From the human T2T-CHM13v2.0 reference genome, Homo sapiens, in the NCBI RefSeq assembly GCF_009914755.1, contig NC_060928.1: a stretch of DNA of 64,000 bases; one strand, 5' to 3'. A program made the translations under genes and the position numbers. Of this stretch, positions 1-19,846 are shown piece after piece. A model generated the notes under the pieces. The model did not search any database. It was not told the DNA's origin and saw only the letters and a program-made list of their open reading frames with translations. Position 1 is the first letter of the stretch; every line of letters starts with the position of its first letter.

Positions 1-111
1 TGGATTTCAGATTTGGGATGCTTAGCCAGTAAACATAAGGCAAATATTCCAAAATGGAAAATTCAAAACGCTCCTGGTCCCAAACATTTTGGATAAGGGA
101 TACTCAACCTG
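1..111. mobile_element. End of a TcMar-Tigger element (Tigger4/MER46-like)
   Basis: Ends in ...ggataagggatactcaacctg, the Tigger4-type terminal inverted repeat. Confidence 0.7.
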
Positions 112-1044
112 TGTTTGAGATGTTTCTGATTTTAATTTTCAACACAAGCAGGAATAAATGAAAAACTGTATTTTAAAAGACATTAACATGTATATTAACT
201 CTGTTCCTTTGCTGTCTATGACTCTGCTGGGCATAGTAGCCCCTAAAATGTTATGTAGAGAGAAGTGTTGCCTCCGGCGATAGTGACAGTATTTCTCCCT
301 GTCAGTTAGTTATATTTCTTTATAAAAATATTATTTTGGGGGTAAGAAGGTCACCTGTTCTGTATATAAATATTTTACTATTCTCCCTTGTTTCAGCTGT
401 TTCTCCTTGCTGTCATTTTTCATACCTGAGATTCTAAGCCTGGAACCTTTCCTGGATCATTTTTGGCAGCTTGGCTTTCTTTTCTGCTACCAGCCCCTTA
501 TCTTTCATGGCTTCCTTTGATGCTTCTCTGATTTGCTGGGGATCCTTTGGAAATACTTTGAAATTTTTTGTCTGCTGATGGCACCCCTCCTATTCTTTTC
601 ATTTTTCTGGCTTATGCTTTAAAGGTCCTTTACTGTGTCTTTTAGAAGAGAGGACTATAAATGTGTGAGCTTAAGCTAGAAATTTTCGCTCCTCCCTCTT
701 AACATTTAAATCTGATAAGACCCAGGTTCTGACAAAGCTCTTGTTCTGTGTCCCTCACTATTTCCTGGATGTAGTTTAATTTCCAGGCTGGATTACTTTA
801 CAAGTTATTTTGCCTTAATATTTTTGTCATTTTCTCATTATCACCTGTTAATGCCTTTATCTTTTTTCATATATTTTTCATATCTTCTACCGTCTTCACT
901 GTGGGATCATTCTTGATCTTTAGAAAAAGATGTAATATTTATTAAAAAGTTTATTTTTCATGAGCCCATGTAGTATTTAAATTTTTTAAAAAATGCAATT
1001 TATCTTATTGCAATTGGTATCAGATTGTAACTCTTTTTGGGTAA

Positions 1045-1335
<291 letters not shown>

Positions 1336-1348
1336 TGACTATCTGGAT

Positions 1349-2000
<652 letters not shown>

Positions 2001-3466
2001 TAAATGAGTGCTATATAATTTATAGACTAAGGACTTTGATTTTCCATGATTAGAGTGTGCCCTGACATTTTAGGTGAGAGTAATTTTCATTGATGCATAT
2101 TTAGCAGTGTTTTTCACCTTGACTTGCAGTGTAATCAGGGCTTCTTATTTTACAGTTGTAAAGAAAAGAGTAGATTACTGTGAGTCAAACAGAAACAAGT
2201 TTTAATTAAGACTATGCAAGCAAAGAACCTGATTGTATATTTTAACTTGTTGATTATTCGATTTAGTAAAACAAACGGTCATTACTATCAGATTTTAAAA
2301 TAATCCCTCACCACAGGGTAATTGTTTGAATCTACCTATCAAGGTAGTTAAGGTATATCATCCATCCTCCTGGATATTCTATTATCTAATAGGATATCGA
2401 CTTGGTTTGCATATACAAGTCTTCTCAAAAATCATTTACAAAAAGCATCTTTTTATACTTTAATGTCACCTTAGTAATAGTTTGGGGGATGTGTTTACAT
2501 TATATGTGAGAATTACAAACCATTTTCTAGTCATCAGCTTGATTTTAATATGTTCTCTTTTGCTACTATTGTAGATTTTAGACTTGAGTTTTGGCATATT
2601 TTTTCCTTTATAACAGGAGAATGTTTTCAGAGCTTATAGTAACAGTTTAATGAACAATAAAAAGCAGAAGGGACAGGAGACAATATGTTGAGTACCGGCT
2701 GTATACAGAAGCTTTGTATATATTGCATGTATGTATACACACACACACATTTACCCTTTTCTTTTTAAACAGATGAAATAGTCTGAGGAGAACTTGCCTA
2801 ATATTTTATGAGGTAGTTAATAGTACTGTTGAGATTAAACTGGATTATTCCTCAGACTATGTCTTAAAATGGTGCTACAGGTAGCAGTAATTCGTTGACT
2901 GGAATTAGCATTTATGATGACCTACAAACTAGTCAGACCTCTTGAGCGCACAGCAGTCTTAGGTGAGTAATGATTGCTTATTAGAGAGGACTGGATATGT
3001 TTTAAATGAAAGCTCAGGTTTTAAAATTTTGTTTTAAAAAATCTTATGTTTTAAAAAATCTTATGTTTAAAAAATCTTAAGTATAGACAAGAAAGTTAAC
3101 TTCCAGTTGGGAAAATCAGTCATTTTAGTCTGCTTAAATCCTTCCGTTGCAACTGTAAGATTTTATTATTAATAGTAATGTTAGAGCTCCTTCTAGTGGA
3201 AATTATTTTATGTGCAACTATTATTTTTTTAAAAGCAAAATTGGTTTGATATTTTTACTGTTTTTACATGTATTTGTAAATACCTTCTATTCAGAGTTTA
3301 ACAAAAGCAATTTAAGTATAACTTGGTTTAGAGTTCCATAAACAAAAGTAAATGTAAGCATTTAAGGAGATACATGCAATTTTCTCATTAGTTTATACAT
3401 ATATTTGATTCATGAAATTTCCCCCTCATTGTATTTCTCTCTTGTTCTCTCTTTTATATGAATATA

Positions 3467-4068
3467 TAGTTGATTCTCATTATTTGTGGTTAGTTATGTT
3501 CTATTAAAGTTGCCTTGAACACCGTTAGCAAATACTGAACCATTTCTCCTAGAGGGAAATATGTATGTGTGTGTATATACATACATGCAACACACACAAT
3601 ATATGTAGCGTATGTATATATATAATATATATACATACACACACATTTTACATAGATTATAACCTTAAAACTCCAAAGTAATTCTTTCTGGTAGATTTTA
3701 TTTTCTTTATTTTACAAAACAGAAGAGGAGATTTAGAAGTGTTAGAAATGTTAAGGGACTTGCCTGAGGTGCTAGTGCTGGGATTCACACTCCCTCCAAC
3801 TGACCCCAGGCCTGGAGCTTCTTCACTACACTGCTGTGTCCCCTATCACTTCCATTCTCTGGTCATCTCTGAATGAAAGCTGAAACAAGGCAGAGTGTCA
3901 CCTCATCCTACATGGTAACATGGGTGTTGGGTCACCCAAATTTTTTGCTGCTCTTCCATGTCACTAATGACCACAAATGCTCTGTGAGTATTGATTTTGG
4001 GGTACACATAAGTTTTTGGGAGTTGGTAAATTTGCAAATACAGCATCCACAGGTATTGAGGATTGACT
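3467..4068 (-). mobile_element. TcMar-Tigger fossil (MER82-like) with an internal (TA/CA) low-complexity tract
   Basis: TA-flanked termini tagttgattctcattatt... and ...tattgaggattgacta are imperfect inverted repeats. Confidence 0.65.
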
Positions 4069-4069
4069 A

Positions 4070-4404
<335 letters not shown>

Positions 4405-4434
4405 GTGATTGGAGAACAAGGTATTTTTTGACCA

Positions 4435-4660
<226 letters not shown>

Positions 4661-5554
4661 TGACAGAACTAGACAGCTGTTTGTCTCCCCTCCTGATATG
4701 GGCTGCTTATGCACAAGAGGAGGAGGAAAAATGCTCATGTTCTGAGAACTCCTCAAGAGCAGATTTCTTTATAAATGTATGATATTTAGGTGTGTTCACT
4801 TCCTGCACTTAAGCAACTCTCTGGGGTGACACAGTTATCATTAGGAAGGAGGGGATCTCATTTTTCCTTGGTCATGCCCTTTCTCCAGAAAAAAACCTTC
4901 ATTGTAACCATTACTCCTCTTTTTCCTACTTCTGCCTTTTCAAGTAACATACTGTATAGGACTTAATTTTCTTGAAGAAATAATTTGTAAGTTATACTGA
5001 GAGAGTGAAGTAAGTTATTAATTAGAGTCTTTCTCCAAGCTAGGCAACTTTATAAAGGGAATTATTAGTTTAGGTCAGCATTTTAAAAATGTTTTTGCCT
5101 ATGACAATAAAAAATGGATTTTTCATCAGATTCTTTGTATATACACATCCATAGATAATAGTGCTCATATGTGTGCATGTGTGTATGTATGTGTTAGAAG
5201 TTAATGTTTTACAAAGCAGTATTTACCCTTTCTATATTCAGTGTACCCTGCATTTCTTATTCTATTAACAAAGTGCTGAATGAGGCTGACTGAAATGATT
5301 TCATTACCCTTGTGTTTTGAAGAACATTGATTTAGGCCACTAAGGCACCAGATTCCAAATGATATTTTCATGGCTATATGTTTCTGAAAAATGCCCATCA
5401 TTTCAAAATTGTATACATTATTTATTTTAAGGTTGCAGGTGGATTATTCTTTTGACTAAGTCTATATTATAACCATATACATGTAATTTTACATCACAGT
5501 TTAGTTTCTGGTGTACCTAATGCTGATTTCTGTTCCCTTCTTATCCTTTTACAG

Positions 5555-5613
5555 TGACAAAGATATGGAAATTAATGAAGAAGAACTGACTGGTTGTATC
5601 CTGAGAAAACTAG
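5555..5613 (+). CDS. AFG2A: AFG2A exon (probably exon 4; [19 protein letters not shown]), 59 nt
   Basis: Polypyrimidine tract + acag|T and CTAG|gtgaga donor. Phases 2 to 1 fit both neighbours. Too short for the ORF track. Confidence 0.95.
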
Positions 5614-6184
5614 GTGAGACAAATATTTTAAATTGTTTTCTTAAGTTTTAAGCTGCAAGGCATCAGCAAATAAAGTGTCTTTGAGGGCTTATATATGCAT
5701 AGTAGTTTTCTTCAAAATAGCTTTGAGAATATTCCCCTCAATGAATGAATATACTTTTAAGATAGGGATGTGCTACTTTTCCTGGTTAATTGGCAGTTGA
5801 GCAGTGGAAAGAATATATGACTTGTCTGTGGAAAGAGTCAGTGGTAGAATTGAGACTTTTAACCTTTGCATTCTTGCCCTTTCCAGTGACAGATGCTATC
5901 TTGGAGTGTTGGTTTGGGTGTGCCATTTTCATTTAGTTTATTATTGAATATGGAATGCCTGGCTATTTGTTGATGTGATTGATAGAATCTGAGATCTACT
6001 GAGTGTGGAGGATTTCAGAGAATCATTTCCTTCTGTCTCCAGATGGTGTTATAGGGGAATATTAGGTCCTCAATTTTTTATGACAATTATTTTATTAATA
6101 CTCTGTCTTTGATTTAGTCTTTTCAGATAATAGATGAAATATATTGCTATTTAAACATTAAACTGGTAAAAAAAATTATGCTAA

Positions 6185-6889
<705 letters not shown>

Positions 6890-7807
6890 TAAATTCAAAT
6901 TAAAAGACAGTTGACACTTATGTAATGATTGCTCATCCTCTTTTCCTGTTTTTATTTTCTGAGTAGTAGGTATGGTAGAAGATTTCAGTTGCTTTGGGAG
7001 ATGCCAGTTAAATGGGCCATTTGCTATGCTTTGGTATTTTTAGGTTGTAATGTGAATTAGTGACAGCCTTGTCTCTTCTAATAGCATATTTCCACAATTA
7101 CCTGTATTGGATCTAGAATAAGTATCTTGTCATGCTGGGTCATCTGTAATGACTGAAGGGATAAACCATTCAAATACATTAGATAAAACTTCTTAGGAAA
7201 TGTAACTGTGTACCCATCTCTTTGCACTGAAGCAGGTAATTACGGGAATGGCTTGACTCAGGAAACTCAGGGCTTCTGCTGCATTGTTATTGCCAAGATC
7301 CTTTGCATATATTTGCTGTGTCTGATCTCTCTGCTTTTTTCCTTTCTCATAAATCTTATATATACATACATGTATGTATATATATGTATGTGTAAAATGA
7401 ACCCTTAGATTGGCATTTTGCTCATACTTATGTACCTTTTATACTAGCAAACGTATGTACTCTTCAAGATGGTTAGTTGGAAAAAAACTGGGATTGGTGG
7501 CTTGTCTACCTGTGTTGTCTGTGCTTGGTTTTTCGATCATTGATCTGTGTTGTGTGGGATGGGGCGTTGCAACAATGTGGGTGTCCAGTTTTTTTTTTTT
7601 TTAACCAACATGCTTCCTCTGTTCTGTGGTCTACAGAGAGAGAAAGTCATTGCTGGGTATCAGTGTTTGGGCTAGTTAGTACATCTTTCTGGAGGGGGAG
7701 AAAAAACTCTTGACTCTTTTTGTGACGCAAGGTAAAGTTAAATTTTATAACTCATGTTTGAACTTGTATGACAACATTTATAAGAAACCTAGTAATGGTG
7801 AATCTAG

Positions 7808-7960
<153 letters not shown>

Positions 7961-8215
7961 TAAGTACATGATTTAATAGAGTAAACTTACTATTAAATAT
8001 ATTTCTAAAATGTGGTTTTTAAAAATGATTGTGTAGTATTCTGTGTGATATTTTGTACACTGAAATATTTTGCTTCTTAATAAAAATTGTTTGGAAAATT
8101 CTTTTTGAAAGTAATTTTAAGTATTATAGAAATATTGAAAATTTAGGTTAGCTTTTATAGACAAAGCTTTAAAAACAATAAGAAATGGTCTTTAAATGTA
8201 TTTTATTTGTTACAG

Positions 8216-8272
8216 ATTCTATGGTGAGACTGAAGCAAAGTTACGTCAGATATTTGCTGAAGCCACTCTACG
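8216..8272 (+). CDS. AFG2A: AFG2A exon (probably exon 7), 57 nt, D1 pore-loop region (KFYGETEAKLRQIFAEATLR)
   Basis: ttacag|ATTC and CG|gtactc; phase 2 to 2; AAA 'K-x-x-G-E-x-E' pore-loop motif. Confidence 0.95.
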
Positions 8273-8678
8273 GTACTCTTTATTTTTAAATGTTTTGGAA
8301 TTAATAATCAAGGCTGTATTAGTCAAAGTGAGATACTAGCACCTTATACAAAGCATAAACAGTAGTACAAAAATTATAGTGATAGTGGTAGAAGTAGATT
8401 ATAGATCTAATGAAATTCTATTTCTATCTAATCTTTAAAAGTTTGATAAATATTATTAAATTACATAAAGTAGAAGAATTAAGACATAGTGTTTGATAAG
8501 TCATGTGACCTTGTTTGAGCATAGAAATCCATGACTTTCTTTAGGTGCTTAGGTGTTTCTAATATGCTTAGCTTTTCTAGTAGACTGTATTATTGTATGT
8601 AGCTCTTTATACTAGAACTTTGTTATGTTATACTTTGCTTCAAAGGGACAAATCTTTTGCCCATTAAATAATGACTCT

Positions 8679-9280
8679 GGCTGGGTGTGGTGGCTCATGC
8701 CTGTAATACCATCACTTTGGGAGGCCAAGGCAGGAGGATTACTTGACCCCAGGAGTTTGAGACCAGCCTGGGCAACATAGTGGGACCCTGTCTGTTTAAA
8801 AATAAAAATAATTGGCTGGGTGCGGTGGCTCACGCCTGTAATCCCAGCACTTTGGGAGACCGAGGCAGGCAGATCACCTGAGGTCAGGAGTTTGAGACCA
8901 GCCTGGCTAACATAGTGAAACCCCGTCTCTACTAAAAATACAAAAATTAGCCAGGTGTGGTGGCAAGTGCTTGTAATCCCAGCTACTCGGGAGGCTGAGG
9001 CAAGAGAATCTCTTGAACCCAGGAGGTGGAGGTTGCAGTCAGTTGAGATCGTGCCATTGCACTCCAGCATGGGGGACAAGAGCGAGACTTTGTCTCGAAA
9101 AAATAAAAATAAAAATAATTAGTTGGGCATGGTAGCACATGCCTGTAGTCCCACCTACTAAGGAAGCTGAGGCAGGAGGATCACTGAGCTGGGAGATCAA
9201 GGCTGTAGTGAGCCATGATTTCACTGCTGCACTCTAGCCTGGGCAACACACACCCCGTCTCAAAAACAAACAAACAAGCA
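8679..9280 (+). mobile_element. Nested Alus: AluS (about 8814-9105) inserted in the central A-rich linker of an older AluJ
   Basis: Left arm, complete Alu, then right arm; aaaataaaaataatt duplicated at about 8799-8813 and 9106-9120. Confidence 0.9.
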
Positions 9281-9390
9281 AAATCAAAACAGTGGTAGAG
9301 ACATAGCCATATTATGAGTGACGTTACGTTTGACCAAGTTATAGACCAATATCCTAATACTCATTACAGTGTAACATTGAAATCTAAATT

Positions 9391-9575
9391 CCCTGAGCTC
9401 AAGTGATCCTCCCCCTGTAGCCTCCCAAGTAGCTGGAACTATAGGTGAGCACCACCATGCCCAGCTAATTTTTGTATTTTTTTTTCTAGCAACAGGGTCT
9501 TGCTATGTTGGCCAGGCTGGTCTTGAACTCCTGGGCTCAAGCCATTCTCCTGCCTCAGCCTCCCAAAATGCTGGC
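9391..9575 (-). mobile_element. Alu fragment
   Basis: Reverse-complement Alu internal sequence (cctcccaagtagctgg...cctcccaaaatgctgg). Confidence 0.85.
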
Positions 9576-10212
9576 TGTCTTGGTGTTTAATATCATAACT
9601 ACTGCTCTTGAATCAGAAAACCCACCATTTTTGAAGTTTATTTTTTTCCCGCAATGATAGTAGATGAAGTAAGCAGTTTGTAGTCCTAGTACTGTACTGA
9701 AAATTTGAAAACTAGTGGTACACCTTATTGTTTAGTATGCTTTTGTTGTTGTTGTGTTCATGGCAGTTGAGATTTCCTTCTGTGAGAGAATTCACATCTG
9801 TTTATGGGAGAATTGATCATCTTGCAAGTTTTTATTTTAATGGTTTAAAAATAACAGGGCATTTCTAGTTTATGTCCTTTGGTTTCAAACCTGCTCCAAG
9901 GGATAGTATCTCTGGCCTCAGCTTCTGAATTGATCCAGTCATAACAACTTAATGGGCATTACTGGGGAGAGTTCTTAAGAGACTCTTATCTTTTAAGCAG
10001 CATACTCTACTCAATTACCCAGCCTTTTAATGGAGGGCAGATAGAATAGAATATGAAGTTAGTGAATTAGTATTTTGGGCTAGAATGAATCTAAGGATTT
10101 TTAGCTTAACATTATAATATCTTTATAATATTAAGTGAATTCTAAATTTGATATGTTGCATTTCAGTTAAAAAAATTAAAACTAAGTAAAACTTAAAATC
10201 AAATATAGATGA

Positions 10213-10407
<195 letters not shown>

Positions 10408-10686
10408 TAATACTTATGTGTAGTGGTAAAAACTATTGAATGTGTCAGAGTCTTTGGATATTTTAGGATAAAGGAAAAATATTAGCCATAGCAACTAGGG
10501 GAAAGATCTGTAAAATAATTTGCTTTAGTAGATTACTTAGTAACTGCTAGGACAACATCATAACCTGGCAGGTTTTTTCTAGCATATAAAATACTATACC
10601 ATGATGGATTTATTTTGTGATAAATGCTGTTAGCTTTAAAACTTGAAGCAAAGATCAGTAAGGAAGATTTAGCAGTTAAATTTTAG

Positions 10687-11010
<324 letters not shown>

Positions 11011-11114
11011 TTAGGGGTTTTTATTAAGAAATGTCATGAGTAAGTCTTATTACCCATGTACAAATGGACTCTTTCAAGGCTTTGTACTAGGGAAATGAAA
11101 GAAAGTGAGAATAA

Positions 11115-11532
<418 letters not shown>

Positions 11533-11966
11533 TAATTATGGAAGGAACATTCATAGGACTAATAAGAGAATAGGCATGAACAAAAATTTTCTAAGACTCC
11601 TGACATCCATTAATTAGAAAAATACACTTTTCATGCTGGATTATGAATAAGTAAAGTTTTTAGAATCATAATATGTTAGAACCACAATAAATTTTAGAAA
11701 TTATGTAGTATCAAGCCTCTTTTGCACATTAAAAAGCTGGTCATTTAGAATTTTTTTTTTTTTTATACTTTAAGTTTTAGGGTACATGTGCACAATGTGC
11801 AGGTTAGTTACATATGTATACATGTGCCATGATGGTGTGCTGCACCCATTAACTCGTCGTTTAGCATTAGTTATATCTCCTAATGCTATCCCTCGCCCCT
11901 CCCCCAACTCCACAACAGGCCCCAGAGTGTGATGGTCCCCTTCCTGTGTCCATGTGTTCTCATTGT

Positions 11967-15809
<3,843 letters not shown>

Positions 15810-15857
15810 TTATTTTGCTCATTAGTTGATGCAGTTTCTTCCTAGTCTCAATGGTCT

Positions 15858-16874
15858 TTACATTTTTGCATGATTTTGCAGCAGCTGGTACCGGTTGTTC
15901 TTTTCCATGTTTAGTGTTTCCTTCAGGAGCTCTTTTAGGGCAGGCCTGGTGGTGACAAAATCTCTCAGCATTTGCTTGTCTGTAAAGTATTTTATTTCTC
16001 CTTCACTTATGAAGCTTAGTTTGGCTGGATATGAAATTCTGGGTTGAAAATTCTTTTCTTTAAGAATGTTGAATATTGGCCCCCACTCTCTTCTGGCTTG
16101 TAGAGTTTCTGCCGAGAGATCCGCTGTTAGTCTGATGGGCTTCCCTTTGTGGGTAACCTGACCTTTCTCTCTGGCTGCTCTTAACATTTTTTCCTTCATT
16201 TTAACTTTGGTGAATCTGACAATTATGTGTCTTGGAATTGCTCTTCTCGAGGAGTATCTTTGTGGCGTTCTCTGTATTTCCTGAATCTGAATGTTGGCCT
16301 GCCTCGCTAGATTGGGGAAGTTCTCTTTGATAATATCCTGCAGAGTGTTTTCCAACTTGGTTCCATTCTCCCCGTCACTTTCAGGTACACCAATCAGACG
16401 TAGATTTGGTCTTTTCACATAGTCCCATATTTCTTGGAGGCTTTGTTTGTTTCTTTTTATTCTTTTTTCTCTAAACTTCCCTTCTTGCTTCATTTCATTC
16501 ATGTCATCTTCCATCACTGATACCCTTTCTTCCAGTTGATCGCATCGGCTCCTGAGGCTTTTGCATTCTTCACGTAGTTCTCGAGCCTTGGCTTTCAGCT
16601 CCATCAGCTCCTTTAAGCACTTCTCTGTATTGGTTATTCTAGTTATACATTCGCCTAAATTTTTTTCAAAGTTTTCAACTTCTTTGCCTTTGGTTTGAAT
16701 TTCCTCCCGTAGCTCGGAGTAGTTTGATCGTCTGAAGCCTTCCTCTCTCAACTTGTCAAAGTCATTCTCCGTCCAGCTTTGTTCTGTTGCTGGTGAGGAA
16801 CTGCGTTCCTTTGGAAGAGGAGAGGCGCTCTGCTTTTTAGAGTTTCCAGTTTTTCTGCTCTGTTTTTTCCCCAT
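15858..16874 (-). CDS. L1 ORF1p, uninterrupted 338 aa
   Basis: MGKKQSRKTG...NHAKM at canonical length, with REKG, ARR and YPAKLS motifs present. Confidence 0.9.
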   Translation of the reverse strand: MGKKQSRKTGNSKKQSASPLPKERSSSPATEQSWTENDFDKLREEGFRRSNYSELREEIQTKGKEVENFEKNLGECITRITNTEKCLKELMELKAKARELREECKSLRSRCDQLEERVSVMEDDMNEMKQEGKFREKRIKRNKQSLQEIWDYVKRPNLRLIGVPESDGENGTKLENTLQDIIKENFPNLARQANIQIQEIQRTPQRYSSRRAIPRHIIVRFTKVKMKEKMLRAAREKGQVTHKGKPIRLTADLSAETLQARREWGPIFNILKEKNFQPRISYPAKLSFISEGEIKYFTDKQMLRDFVTTRPALKELLKETLNMEKNNRYQLLQNHAKM

Positions 16875-17914
16875 CTTTGTGGTTTTATGTTTGTTTGGTC
16901 TTTGATGATGGTGATGTACAGGTGGGTTTTTGGTGTGGATGTCCTTTCTGTTTGTTAGTTTTCCTTCTAACAGACAGGGCCCTCAGCTGCAGGTCTGTTA
17001 GAGTTTGCTAGAGGTCCACTCCAGACCCTGTTTGCCTGGGTATCAACAGCGGTGTCTGCAGAACAGTGGATTTTCATGAACCGCGAATGCTGCTGTCTGA
17101 TCGTTCCTCTGGAAGTTTTGTCTCAGAGGAATACCCGGCCGTGTGAGGTGTCAGTCTGCCCCTACTGGGGGTGCCTCCCAGTTAGGCTGCTCGGGTGTCA
17201 GGGGTCAGGGACCCACTTGAGGAGGCAGTCTGCCTGTTCTCAGATCTCCAGCTGCGTGCTGGGAGAACCACGGCTCTCTTCAAAGCTGTCAGACAGGGAC
17301 ATTTAAGTCTGCAGAGGTTACTGCTGTCTTTTTGTTTGTCTGTGCCCTGCCCCCAGAGGTGGAGCCTACAGAGGCAGGCAGGCTTCCTTGAGCTGTGGTG
17401 GGCTCCACCCAGTTCAAGCTTCCGGGCTGCGGCTGCTTTGTTTACTGAAGCAAGCCTGGGCAATGGCGGGCGCCCCTCCCCCAGCCTCACTGCCGCCTTG
17501 CAGTTTGATCTCAGACTGCTGTGCTAGCAATCAGCGAGACTCCGTGGGCGTAGGACCCTCCGAGCCAGGTGCGGGATATAATCTCCTGGTGCACCGTTTC
17601 CTAAGCCCATCGGAAAAGCGTGGTATTAGGGTGGGAGTGACCCGATATTCCAGGTGCTGTCTGTCACCCCTTTCCTTGACCAGCAAAGGGAACTCCCTGA
17701 CCCCTTGCACTTCCCGAGTGAGGCAATGCCTCACCCTGCTTCGGCTCGCACACGGTGCGCTGCACCCACTGTCCTGCACCCACTTTCTGGCACTCCCTAG
17801 TGAGATGAACCTGGTACCTCAGATGGAAATACAGAAATCACCTGTCTTCTGTGTTGCTCACGCTGGGAGCTGTAGACCGGAGCTGTTCCTGTTCGGCCAT
17901 CTTGGCTCCTCCCC
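16875..17914. promoter_or_regulatory. L1 5'UTR bidirectional promoter; the antisense promoter is co-directional with AFG2A
   Basis: CpG-rich UTR; intact YY1 core CAAGATGGCCG (17894-17904, minus strand); promoter activity inferred from family knowledge. Confidence 0.6.
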
Positions 17915-17939
17915 GAACTTTTTGTTTTTTACTGTCTAG
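17463..17939 (+). CDS. L1 ORF0 (MAGAPPPASLPPC...), open for 158 aa and running past the L1 5' end
   Basis: ATG in gcaATGg context at 17463; donors at +106 (17568) and +191 (17653) as described for ORF0; expression not shown. Confidence 0.6.
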   Translation: MAGAPPPASLPPCSLISDCCASNQRDSVGVGPSEPGAGYNLLVHRFLSPSEKRGIRVGVTRYSRCCLSPLSLTSKGNSLTPCTSRVRQCLTLLRLAHGALHPLSCTHFLALPSEMNLVPQMEIQKSPVFCVAHAGSCRPELFLFGHLGSSPNFLFFTV

Positions 17940-19350
17940 TGGCAGAAAGTAAATATGTGAAAATAATATAAAGGTTTGGCACTAAGTCACTTATATACTA
18001 ACGTGTTAGTAATTTTAAGAGTCTGTAAGAGAAGGGTTGTCACCTGGTGGAGGCTGCCTGACTAACTGGTTCTCAGTCTTGGAACAGTACCTAGGAGTGA
18101 TTTTCATGTCCCAGGTTGATTCTCAGGTTATAAAGTTGAAGAATTCAGTGTTATTAGTAGGCTGGAGATGATAGAGTTGTGAGGACAGACTGACCCATGA
18201 TAATAACACTTACAAGAGAATCATGTATAAAATAGTGTCCTAGTTTGTCCATTTACAGTAAGAGATGTGACTGTTAAGCAGACCAAATGTTTGTGTTTAT
18301 GGATGACCATATTTTCACCTTGATGGCAAATATAGAGAGCTGTCTTATAATTACAAGGGTTCTTGGTAGGTAGGAAATCAGATGAAAGGCTTAGTGTTGG
18401 AGAATCTTAATTATTTCAATCTGCTGTCTCTTTCTCTGCCACTGGGATAAGCCTGTTGTGGATTAGTATTCTTGCCTTTGGGCAAGGAATGGAAACATGT
18501 GATACTGATGTTTTAGTCTGAATATTTTTAAGGGTCTGTTTTTGTACTTCTAAACTTATAATTCATAGATTCGCTGTAGTCCATGCATTGTCTGTTGGCA
18601 CATTCAGTATAATTGATTAGGTTTGAGCTTTTTTTAAATTTTTTTTTTTAACATAAATTGCATTCCAGTTATGCTTGTCTCTGGGTCATCTGAATAGAAT
18701 ATTGGATAATTTCTACAGGTGGCTGATCATGATCATAGTTCTTTATTATTTGGTTTTCCTAATTTCATTTTCAGAGAGTAAAAATACCTATATATTCAAA
18801 TGTGGCTGATACTTGGATATTGGTTATATTGTTGACTCTTATTTTCAGGAATTTAAAAATGTATCCATATTAAAAAAACTAGTCTATAAGCGAAGACTTT
18901 TTAGATAACTTTCTAATAGAATCTTGTTCTATTTGAGTATTATATGTGTCAGAATCCTGACTTTCAAGTAGGGGAAAAGGACTGTTTAAAACAATTAAAA
19001 CAATTATATGGTACATATTATATATATGTTATTTTTTATGAGAATGATACAGTTAAGATGTGAGAAGTAAGAGAGATGTCATAGTAGATGGAGAGGTGAG
19101 TATTGTAAAACTTTCTACAGGAGGAAGCATTTAGGCTGAACACTGAAAAATGTATAATAAAAGTAATAAATGTATAATAAAAATGTATTACTAATAAAAG
19201 TAATTGATAGGTAATGAAAGCGTAAGAAATAGGACTTAGTATCCTGGACAGTTAGATGTTTCATCCTTGTCTATACAGCCAGTGTGTGCCTCTCACTTTT
19301 TTTTTTCTAACTTTCAGAAAAATAAATTTATTTTCATTTTATTTTGTTAG

Positions 19351-19626
<276 letters not shown>

Positions 19627-19846
19627 TGAGTCTCTATTGATGCACTTATCTCCAGTTTACTTACATACAAATAATTTATATTTTACAGATTTCTTAATGG
19701 AAGTAGCTTTGTTTCTAATTATAAAATGTGTAATTTTTATTTGAAAAAATTTTTATTGGAAAAACCTAGATGATTCAGAAGACTATAAAAAAAAATAAAA
19801 ATCACTCAATCCTACCTCTAAAGGATAACCACCATTATAGTGTATA

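Noticed and set aside
2778-2860. 12-bp inverted repeat atagtctgagga/tcctcagactat
   Set aside because: Short, with a 59-nt spacer in decayed MIR-like DNA; no support for function.
3031-3081. Three copies of about 17-bp ttttaaaaaatcttatg
   Set aside because: Ordinary AT-rich slippage repeat.
8612-9079. 155-aa ORF and similar ORFs (1473, 11182, 33638, 36135, 43099, 46644 and others)
   Set aside because: Typical Alu translations ([15 protein letters not shown]); not genes.
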